From contig OX597818.1 in the NCBI GenBank assembly GCA_951406725.2, positions 115,072,001-115,136,000 on the forward strand: a stretch of 64,000 nucleotides of DNA, written 5' to 3'. Both the position numbers and the translations under genes were made by a program. This DNA comes from Octopus vulgaris. Lineage: Eukaryota. Below are positions 52,782 to 64,000 of this stretch, piece after piece. The notes under the pieces are model-generated. The model was not told the DNA's origin. It saw nothing but the letters and a program-made list of their open reading frames with translations, and ran no database searches. How positions within the stretch are numbered: the first letter of the stretch is position 1; every line of letters begins with the position of its first letter.

Positions 52782-54507
52782 TTATTAACAGGCATTGATC
52801 ATCGCTAGCAGACAAACAATTCGTGAGAGCGAGGAAGGAAAGCGGGGAAGAAAAAGAAAAAAATAGAGAGAGGTGAGGGAAAGAGAGAGAGAAAATGAGA
52901 TATAGAGGAGTGAAATAGAGGAAGAGAAAATACAAAAGGAAAGTCCGAAAGAGAAACCCGGAAGAAAGAGATTACGTTGTTTAACGAAAATAGGAAAAAA
53001 CAATAAAAGTTCGTAAGTCGCTGTTTAAGCCCCAAGAGATGCTCTGATCAAGCGAAGCAAACCTATGATTAAAGATGTTCCAGCTATGAATAAGCTGTTG
53101 TTTAAGTATATCTATTAGTATCGTTGTCCTTTTCTTTTTTGTAAGGTGATAAGGTAATGATCTGAAGAAGATGTAGCTGTTATTTCTAGCATGACGAGCG
53201 AGTGGCAAGCGCGTACAGATTACTCGGCCTGAGTAAAAGTTTGGGAATATCAAACCTCAATTGTCCGTATTTTTTTCTTCTTTTTTTCCTTTTTTGCTTC
53301 TCGACTGTCAGTGATCTACCTACCTCTGTGTGTGTGTGGGTATGCATATAGGGCGGGAAGGGTCGACGTATGTTAGTGTTTCTGTACGCATGTATGCGTG
53401 TGTACATTATATACATGTGTGTGTGTGCGTGTGTGTGTGTGTGTATACACATATAACTTAGATAAACTTAGATATGTTTCGACCAAAGATTGGTCCAGGC
53501 CATGTCTACCTTAATAGCACCACCTGTACATTTGTGTAATCTATTTATGTATTGTGCGTGTGTGCGTGTGTATGTGTGTCTCTACTTATAAATATATACA
53601 TACATACTTACATACATACATACATAAATACATACTTACATACACACATACAGGATCTAAATACATACATACATACATACTTACATACATACATACTTAC
53701 ATACATACACACACACATACACACATACATACACACACACATACATACATACATACACACATACATACATACACACACACATACATACATACATACATTC
53801 ATAAATACATACATACATACATACATACATACATACATACATACATACATACATACATACATACATACATACGCACGTCACACACTGTAGTATTTTTGTT
53901 TGGCCGTAACTGTGTATTTATAAATATATATAAAAATATATATATATATATATATGCATGCGTGTGTATGTATGTACGTATGTATACATGGTAGAATTGA
54001 TGTTCGTATAAATATCTGTCCCTTTATCTTATTTGCCCTTTAGTCTCTCTCTCTCTCTCTCTCTCTCTCACTTTCCCTCTCCCCCCCTCTCTCTCTCTCT
54101 ACTCTTCTCGCCTTTCTCTCTCTCTCATTCACTTTTATCTCTTTCACATGTTTTCCTCTCATATCTCTTTCCAAAGAAACCTCCCCCTCCTACTCTCTCT
54201 CTTCTTCTTTTTCCTCACACACACACCACACTATCACTCGCTCTCTCCCCTCTCTCTCCGTCTCTCTTTCTCTCTCTCTCTCTCTCCCTTTCTCACACGC
54301 TCTACCTACTTATCTATCTGTCTATCTATCTATGTATTTATATATATATTTTTTCTCTCTTCCTCCCGTTCTGATAAATCCAATTTTTGCTTTTTCCTGT
54401 CTTTTTTTATTATTATTATTTTCTTTCTCCTATCTTTTGTGTTTTCTTTTCTCCCCCCTTTATAACCAGTCAGGTCAGTTCAGCGGATCGACTCGAACAG
54501 AGAAGAA

Positions 54508-54724
54508 ATGTTTACAGTGCGGCCTTTGCACATAGTTTGTGCGTGTATGATCATCGGTGCTGTTGCAGTTTTGCAGCCAGAACAGCTCCAATATTCCGGA
54601 TACACCCTCAATCTCACGTCTACACTAATCGTACTGGGTTTGGTTTCGATTCTCGCCTTCGCCGTTTTGCCTCTCGACAACGACCTACCCGTGAGCAGTC
54701 ACCAGAAAGCAGTCGTAATAACAG
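54508..54724 (+). CDS. First coding exon of a membrane-anchored short-chain dehydrogenase/reductase (BDH1/HSD17B2/HSD11B2/RDH-like); no downstream exon found in the window
   Basis: ATG at 54508 opens 72 codons (MFTVRPLHIVCACMIIGAVAVL...LIVLGLVSILAFAVLPLDNDLPVSSHQKAVVIT) with two hydrophobic segments. It ends in KAVVITG, the start of the TGxxxGxG Rossmann motif, with a canonical phase-1 donor ACAG|GTAAGA inside the Gly codon. I recall this intron position as typical of the subfamily. Confidence 0.85.
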
Positions 54725-56261
54725 GTAAGACAAGCAAGTTTAATTGTCAGTCGTGTTTGTAATTGCAGAGTTGGCATACCTACACGACTGGGCCCCCACC
54801 CCGATTTTGTTTCTTCATAGCTTACAGAAAAACGGATATTTTAATATGAAATTGTTTACAAACATGCTTCATTCAAATGGTGTAGATTCCGATTGTATAA
54901 GAATTTATAAGGGTAAAGGTTTCCCGAGGGTGAGGAGAGGAGTTTCGGAAAATTCACACGAGCCGGCTTTGTTCCCTCGTAACTTCCAGAAAAATGGGTA
55001 TTTTTAATACAGATATATTTCAGATAATGTAGAGTACGATTATATCAGAAATTATGAAAATATTTCTTTTTATATAAATACTGGAAGGCTTGCACACATA
55101 CGTACTGAAACACATCACATATGTCTACAAAATAAAACTTAAAATTTCGAAAGAAAAAAAGTTAATCACCCCTTGGAAAACTTCTCTTTTTTTTCTACAG
55201 AAATTCCCATATAATCGGAAGCATGTTTGCAGAAAATTTCATTAAAAAATATCCATGTTTCTACAAATTATGAAGAATCGAAGTCGGTGGGGGCACACTT
55301 GTGTAGTTATGCCGCTGATTTTACTGTTTTAAAAGTGGTTGATATGGATTTGGCTGTTATTTCTAGCAATGTTTACGTTCGAGCGTGTGAGCTTAAGAGT
55401 CTAAGTATGCGATTTGTTTACACTTTATATCTACTTAAACAGTGCCCCAGTAACCTCGCAGCATGTGTAGAATATGATACAGGCCCCAAACATTCAAGGG
55501 ACCTTATATTAAATGCTTTTGCTACTCTATTAATGTACTGTCTTCAACTTTTGGTGAGCGAGCGGACGTTTAAAGTTGATCCAATAATCAGAATATTTTT
55601 AGAGATCCAATAACTTTAACGTTAATATCCACAAACTTTTACGATTCAGTGATTCCGTACTTTGCTGTTGTCCTATATTATGCCTTCGACTTTTACGTGA
55701 CTATGGGTTTGGTCCCAAATAACTCGGAACACTTCCGCTATCAATACACTTTAAATTAAACAAAAACAAAACAGTCTTCAAGTTGATTAAGAACGGTGAA
55801 TGACATAAAAATTACTTCGTTTTTCTCGAAAACAAATAGACATGTCGATCTGTTTATCTATTCCGTTGCATTAAAGTCGATATACATGCTACGATAAATC
55901 TGTTTGGGCCGGAATTATTATTTCCTTGCGAATACGTGTTTGAACAAAACAAATTGTAACGAAAATATTAAACACCGTGATATTAAATGCCCTTATGAAA
56001 ACAAATCGAAACTTTTTAACAGGTGAAAAGTATTTACGACTTCCGCTAATGCTTACACCAGTAAATAACGTTGTATGTAGGCATGTCAATGAGTGACTGA
56101 GGTTCGCTTGGCAAGCACGTGTTTTCTGGTGCGGTCCCACAGGGGGGCAATTTGTGCAGGTGCCGACTCCGAGGGATTAGGTTGGCGGAAGATGTGTAGA
56201 AAGGGTGGAAGTATGTTATTTGTTTACACATTATATCCACTGTATACAACAATTTCATTAT

Positions 56262-56756
<495 letters not shown>

Positions 56757-56891
56757 CCCATAATGTAGGGAAACAGTTGAAAAATCAAGTACCTGCACAC
56801 CTAGAAAACAACATTGCGTTGAAACAATTGTAGTGAGTAAAAAATAAATTTCCAACAGTACCCCTTCTTGTTGGATCCAATTTTTAAGATC

Positions 56892-56923
<32 letters not shown>

Positions 56924-57209
56924 CGAAAGGCGGAGTAGGTGAAACACGGACAACTGAAGAAAGGGAATATTCTTTATGTTGTTTGTCTCGTTTCTCTGTT
57001 TGTTTGTTTTTTCGTTGTCCCCCGCCCCCCAGAAATGTTCGTTTCTATGTTTTTGTTTTTATGTTTTCGTTTCTCATTGTGTTTAGCGTTTTTTTTTTTT
57101 TTTTTGGTGGCCTGTACCCATATATGCATGTATATATATACATATATATGTAGGTATGTACATATATGTGCTGGTTTGTTTACGCTCCCGTAAATTAGTG
57201 GTAAGTGTG

Positions 57210-57267
<58 letters not shown>

Positions 57268-57445
57268 AATATATATATATGTATGTATATAAATATATAT
57301 ATATGTATGTATATAAATATATATATATGTATGTATATAGATATATATATATATATATATGTATGTATATATATATATATATGTATGTATATAAATATAT
57401 ATATATGTATGTATGTATATAAATATATATATATGTATGTATATG

Positions 57446-57528
<83 letters not shown>

Positions 57529-58354
57529 TCACATACACATTCATATACGAATTTCCAAGCAAGGCGACAACTTGTAAGAGTTGTCACATGCGTGTATTTA
57601 TATATATATGTGTCAGTCTGCTTACATAAACAAATAGATATAGCCATACGTACACACAAACATACATATATATGTATGCATGTAATGTATATTTAGAGGG
57701 TTGATTGTTATGGCCTGTCCAAGGTTAACTATTTGTTTTGCACCTATAAAGCACTTTGCTGTATTTGGCGGATCTTCCGACTCAAATGGCCTGAACCATG
57801 TGACCTCGCTGCAACTGGGGGGGGGGGGGGAGGCGCAGAAAACACCTAAGTCAATTCGTTTTGTAAACAAAAAAATATATATCATGCATTCTTTTATTCT
57901 TTTACTTGTTTCAGTCATTTGACTGCGGCCATGCTGGAGCACCTCCTTTAGTCGATCAAATCATACCCAGGACTTATTCTTTATACGTCTAGTACTTATT
58001 CTGTCGGTCTCTTTTGTTGAACCGCTAAGTTAAGGGGATGTAAACACACCAGCATCAGTTGTCAAGTGATGTTACGGGGGGGAAGACAAACACAGACATA
58101 CACACATAGACACACATACATACATACATACACACATATATATATATATATAAATTAATAATTAATTAAAACATATGCATATGTACATACATATATGTAC
58201 GTACCTACCTCTACATGTATATATACATGCATATATGGGTACAGGACACCAAAAAAAAACGTCGAACACAATGAGAAACGAAAACATAAACACAAAACCA
58301 AGGAAATGGTTTTATTAACTCTTTATGTATATATATATATATATATATATACAA

Positions 58355-58518
58355 ATATGGGAGAGAATCCACTATGTGGACGCTTTTACGCTAAAGAGAA
58401 ATCCGCATGAGTCTCAACCACTAAGAATTGTTCTCAAGAAAAAATTAGCACACTGTGAAGACTCATGCGGATCTCTCTTTAGCGTAAGGGCGTCCACACA
58501 GTGGATTCTCTCTCATAT
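58355..58518. repeat. Hairpin with arms of about 60 bp
   Basis: atatgggagagaatccactatgtggacgc...ccgcatgagtct / agactcatgcgg...gcgtccacacagtggattctctctcatat. Confidence 0.9.
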
Positions 58519-58622
58519 TTATGTATTAACAATATTTTCTGAATCTCAGTTTTTTATGCACTAAACCATTGGTGCTAAATTGATGTTATTAAATTAATAT
58601 CCAATTTTTTCACCCTCATTTT

Positions 58623-58663
<41 letters not shown>

Positions 58664-59569
58664 TATATATATATATATATATTATTTATATTATTATATG
58701 ATTGAATGTCACACATCCGCTTCCAAGTAAGTTTTATCTCTCTATATATATTTATATATTCATGTACGTACGTATGTATAGGTATGCATATATATATATA
58801 TGTATGCATGCATCTATATAGATGTTTGCATACATATGTGTATGTATACATATATGTATGCATTCATATGTGTATGTATACATATATGTATACATATCTA
58901 TATATGCACACATACATGCACAGACACAAACACATATAGTGGAGAAAAATGGTAGTTCTCATGTTGACAGGTCCTCATAGACAGGTGAGATTACTCTTTA
59001 TTAAATGTTCCTCTTGAATCAAACCCTACAGGTAAGACATGGGGAGGTAAGGATTTTCAGGGTCTGATAGTCTAGAGGAGAAGGATGGGGTGTAGTAATT
59101 AGTGAGGTGCTGGGACAATAGACTCAACAAGGGTGACTAGAGAAAGAGGGGTCAAGTGGATGAGAAATACCTGTGCTCAGCCAGCTTGAACCCAGGTTAG
59201 AAATGAGGACTTTTACACTTGTGTGCCAAAGACTAGAGCATGCCTGTGAGTGATTTAACACTTGTGTCTTGGGTGGTTCTTATTAACTCTTTAAGTATGA
59301 AACTAAATTTCTTAGTATCCAGTAATGATGTGAAATATCTACCCCAAAAATAGAGAATTGGTATTTTGTGCTAGTCACGTTGCCTTAGTAAATTTCACAT
59401 ATCTCAGCAGAAAATAGTTTTGAACATGACATTCCTCAACAGGACAAAAATCTAGATAAACTAGGACTTTGTTGGTCAGGATGATGAGCGTTTCAGGTGA
59501 TCCGATGAATGAAACAACCTGCTTGTGAAATACTTGATAAGCACGCCATACACACGCATACCCTTAAGC

Positions 59570-60262
59570 CTTAAGCCTTTCATTACTGTATTTATTTTGA
59601 CAAAAAATTCAGCAAAACAACTTAGTTATCATTCAGCTAGTGTTAAGGACATAAATTGTGACTAAGGTTTGGTGGAAGATTTTAATTTAAAACTTATGAA
59701 AACAAGACATTTGCACTCAGAGCCAGAGGCAGTTTCAGCCGGGTTGGTATTGAAAGGGTTAAAAATTGTTTCTCTATTATACATTCTAACCCTTTTGTGA
59801 CCATATTTTTGTTGAGATGCTCTGTGCTTCTTTCAATTACTTTAAATATAACAAAGAAATTAGTAAAATAACTTAGTTATCATTAAGCTAGAACTTAAAT
59901 TGTGACTAAGGTTTGGTGGAGGATTTTAATTAAAAACTTATGAAAACAAGACCTTTGTACTGCAGAGCTAGAGGTGGTTTCAGCCAGGTTGGTATCGAAA
60001 GGGTTAAGAATTGTTTCTCTATTATATATTTTAACTCATTTGTGACCATATTTCTGTTGAGATGCTCTGTGTTTCTTTCAGTTAATTTTTAAAATATAGC
60101 AACGAATATAGTAAAATAACTTAGTTATCATTAAGCAAGTGTTAGGAAGATAAATTGTGACTAAGGTTTGGTGGAAGATATTAATTCAAAACTTATTGAA
60201 AACAAGACATTTGTACTACAGAGCCAGAGGTGGTTTCAGTCGGGTTGGTAACGAAAGGGTAA
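59570..60262. repeat. Three tandem copies (about 200-245 bp each) of a piggyBac-like MITE, inserted into an old SINE
   Basis: Units run from (t)taacccttt to gaaagggttaa and share the core taacttagttatcatt...aaattgtgactaaggtttggtgg. The flanks 59480-59568 and 60263-60455 are two halves of a minus-strand SINE. Confidence 0.75.
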
Positions 60263-60579
60263 ATGCAGTTCTCAAACACACAATGTGACGAAGCTGGGCG
60301 CTTTTGAATTACAAGTTACAATTCACTTTTGCCAGCTGAGTGGACAGGAGCAATATGAAATAAAGGGTCTTGCTCAAGAGTAGCAAATGCCATTGAGAAT
60401 TGAACTTATAACAGTATGATCACCAGCTAAGTACCCTTACCACTAAGCCACATGGGCTTTATAGATTGTGATACAAAACTGTTTTCTACAGTCAAGGGTA
60501 ATGAAATTTTAAATGGATCTACCTGATTTCTGCAACAAAAGGATTAAGATGTGTGTGTGTGTGTGTGTGTGTGTGTGTC

Positions 60580-60797
60580 AGCGTTTCCTTGTCTTGACAT
60601 AGTTTGATAGTTGTAAAACGAGATTCCCTGTCATGCAAGCAGTGTCCTTCATTTTCAAACTCCCATGTAAACATATTGACCATTGGGAAATATTACCTTA
60701 TTTGGAAACAGGCGAGGTTGGTGACAGTAAAGGTATCCAGCTATGGGAAATCTGCTTCGAAAAACTGATGTTAGCATGGGAAAGTGGATGTTAAAAC

Positions 60798-60828
<31 letters not shown>

Positions 60829-60838
60829 GTGATGACGA
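60580..60838 (+). mobile_element. Old SINE or LINE 3' portion with a (GAT)n tail; the same tail occurs at about 61355-61455
   Basis: Both end in catg..aaagtgga..ttaaa followed by (gat)n. Confidence 0.55.
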
Positions 60839-60861
60839 CACTATTCAAAGATCAGATAACT

Positions 60862-61128
60862 CAGTGGTTCTCACCTATTGTTGTTTTCCTTACCTCTGGA
60901 CCTGTTTGAATCTTATTTTGCTTGGATAGTCTCCCCTAGCCATTTGGTGTTGAAAACATCCTGCTGCACATTTATAATTAAACATTATTAGAAATTATAC
61001 AAAAATAATTGTTAAAATATTTTGTGTATTGTAAAAGTATAACCTTTTTATTGCACACAAAGTTTATTGGCAAAATCTTATATTGACACTTAAGGGCCAA
61101 ATGGACGGACTCTGGTTAAGGACCACTG
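60862..61128. mobile_element. hAT-like MITE related to the outer element at 36354-37379
   Basis: TIRs cagtggttctcacc / ggttaaggaccactg; flanking 8-mers agataact / aaataagt match at 6 of 8 positions. Confidence 0.6.
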
Positions 61129-61317
61129 AAATAAGTCTTAGTGTACCCATGCTGATGGACAGTATGACAGGAGCTGTCCAAGTCAGGAGCCATAGTAGGT
61201 TCCAGAGTCTGATTTCTACCGTTGGATTCCATGCCTAATGCCAACCATTCTACAGAGTGGATTGGGTGATTTTTATACGGCACCAGTACCACTACATTTT
61301 ACATGGCACTATATATT

Positions 61318-61349
<32 letters not shown>

Positions 61350-61545
61350 CATAATTGGAGCCTGGTGCAGCCTTCTGGCTTGCCAGTCCTCAGTCAAACC
61401 ATCAAACCCATGCTACCATGCAAAGTGGACATTAAACAATGATGATGATGATGATATATATATATATGTGTGTGTGTGTGTGTATATATATATACGTGTT
61501 TGTATATATATATATATATGTATGTATATATGTATGTATGAACAT

Positions 61546-61594
<49 letters not shown>

Positions 61595-62117
61595 AATATA
61601 CACACACACACACGCATATATATATATATATATACATATATACACACACATATATCTATAATATTCAGTTTCCATCTACTGAGTCTGCTCACACTGATTT
61701 GATTGGGCCATAGCTATAATAATATAAGACACTTCCTCAGGGCATCATGCTGTGGGACTGAACCTGGAGCTATGTGATTGAAAAGTAAACTCCTTACCAC
61801 ACAGCCGCCAGACAATTGTCTACAATTATGAGGAACTGAAGTATCTTCTGGCATTGGAGAGAAGTGCTGGTCATTGAGATCCATCCCATGTTGAAAAGCC
61901 ACTTTTGTAGAGACAGATCCACGGTGACAGCAAAACTCCACAGCTGAAACAATTACAATGGATCTGTTTGAGTGTTGTTCATTGTTTCGGAGGGAAGGGT
62001 TTTGTGTGATGATGTTTCCTTGAATATGAGTGATAAGAGTGGTGTTTGTGTTTGGTTGCTTTTGGAAGAAACAACATTAGCATTTCCCCAATGAAGAATG
62101 CTTTTGGTGGGGTATAT

Positions 62118-62157
<40 letters not shown>

Positions 62158-62573
62158 ATGTATGTATGTATGTATGTATGTGTGTCGCTTCTATTTTTCA
62201 TTATTATAAATCTTCTTCTGCGGAGGGAGCCGGTTTCCAATAAAGATACAAGGCTCCATCTTTGGGATGTAGTTAACTCACACAAATTCACATTTGGAAC
62301 TTGAGAAAAGTCTTGCATATCTTTACTGTTCCACTCACAGATTGCACGTGTAATGTATGAATTAGTCAGTTGGTTCCTCTTTCTAAAAATCCCAGTTTAT
62401 CCAGATTCTCATTTAAGCATTTATTAACAGAACCTAGTGCTCCAATTATTTTTAGTATGAATATGAATTCATAGTCTGGATATAGAAACTGGAGATTTCA
62501 AAGCAGCTGTTCATAAATATCCTGTTTTTCTTTGATTTTCAAAGAGTTATTTATATCTGCAAGGCAACCAACC

Positions 62574-62672
<99 letters not shown>

Positions 62673-63119
62673 GTCTGTCTGTCTGTCTGTCTGTCATGTA
62701 TGTATGTATGTATGTATGTATGCATGTATGTATGTATGTATGTATGCATGTCTATGTCATTAAAGCATCTACTTCCTAAATGAGTGCTTTCAGTTTCAAT
62801 CTCACTTCAGAGCACCTGCGACAAGTGTTTTCCATTTTAGCCACAAGCTTATCAAAGCCACATGTGAATGCACGTTTGCATATATACATATGTACGTTTG
62901 TACATATTGATGTATTGTTCATGTTGATGTGTGTGTTTACATTTGCTTATACAAAAGCTGTAGGCTATGAGAAGCATCATTCACTTTCTTCTCACCTTCA
63001 AAGTTTCTAAGTTCTACATATATATTCTTTTATTCTTTCACTTGTGGCCATGCTGGAGTACCACCTTTACTTGAACCAGAACTTGTTCTCTGTAAGCCTA
63101 GTACTTATTCTTACGTTTA

Positions 63120-63522
63120 GCCCCACATGGGGCTAAACACTGAGGGGACAAACAAGGACAGACAAAGGGATTAAGTCGATTACATCGACCCCAGTGTGTA
63201 ATGGTACTTAATTTATCGACCACGAAAGGATGAAAGGCAAAGTTGACCTTGGGGGAATATGAACTCAGAACATAGCGGCAGACAAAATACCTATTTCTTT
63301 ACTACCCACAAGGGGCTAAACACAGAGAGGACAAACATGGACAGACAAAGGGATTATGTCGATTATATCAACCCCAGTGCATAACTGGTAATTATTTAAT
63401 TGACCCCGAAAGGATGAAAGGCAAAGTCGACCTTGGCAAAATTTGAACTCAGAATGTAGCAGCAGACGAAATACTGCTAAGCATTTCGCCCGACGTTCTA
63501 ACGATTCTTCCAGCTCCCCACC
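63120..63522 (-). mobile_element. SINE family A dimer with CpG decay, nested in a family B remnant
   Basis: Two tandem bodies plus a head, with many CG>TG/CA changes relative to upstream copies. Confidence 0.85.
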
Positions 63523-63927
63523 TTGTTACCACACAGCTACTCCTGCGCCTGTATATATATATATATAAATAAGAAAAAGAGATGACATTGGAAAAACAAT
63601 GGTTATGTCAATAACTTCACTGGCTTGCAGCTGTTTCTGCTATAAGTTGCAGTGTTCTCTTACTTGAGTGCCTGAATAACATCTTGGAACTTCAAATATG
63701 CAGTGCAATTTATTTGGTGGAAATGAATTACAATTTTGCAGTATACTTACTTAAAAAGAAGTAAAGACTTGTGACAGGAAGGGTGTCTAATTGTAGGACA
63801 ATACTTCATTATACATCTCACCCATACTCACATCACACACACACACACACACACACATGCCCAAACTTATTCTCTGTAAGACTAGTACACTCTAACACAC
63901 ACATGTACATATGTATAAATTATATGT

Positions 63928-64000
<73 letters not shown>

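Noticed and set aside
55990-56220. E-box, ETS-like and CTCF-like short motifs in the SDR intron
   Set aside because: Motifs this short are expected by chance and there is no independent support.
59655-59675. tgtgac..ggtttggt as a possible second SDR exon (CDxGFG)
   Set aside because: It has an in-frame stop, no splice acceptor, and lies in a triplicated MITE.
63620-63690. Minus-strand GAAACAGCTGCA resembling a hammerhead stem III
   Set aside because: There is no CUGANGA box or closing stem I upstream.

Overview
This is AT-rich eukaryotic DNA packed with repeats. The SINE families and the very high (TA)n/(TG)n/(TATG)n/(GATA)n microsatellite load suggest a coleoid cephalopod, probably Octopus; that assignment is inferred from the repeats alone. 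Nearly all ORFs in the supplied track are artefacts of microsatellites or SINEs. The only well-supported host coding sequence is one exon (54508-54724, +) encoding the N-terminus of a membrane-anchored short-chain dehydrogenase/reductase of the BDH1/HSD17B2/RDH type. The rest is mobile DNA: three tRNA-like SINE families, a full-length dead mariner, hAT-like and piggyBac-like MITEs, non-autonomous Helitrons, CR1, RTE and R4-like LINE fragments, a probable solo LTR, a Penelope-like GIY-YIG relic and a tRNA-Glu(TTC)-like sequence. The most interesting signal is a set of short non-coding inserts in (TA)n tracts. Several carry minimal type-I hammerhead-ribozyme-like folds, some with a non-canonical core and stem covariation, and some carry asymmetric fold-back ends. 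This points to a microsatellite-targeting Penelope-like or retrozyme-like system. Also notable are a tRNA-containing composite flanked by a 21-bp direct repeat, SINE multimers inside single TSDs, and heavy CpG decay downstream of the SDR exon. All coordinates were read by eye, and the boundaries of degraded repeats are approximate.
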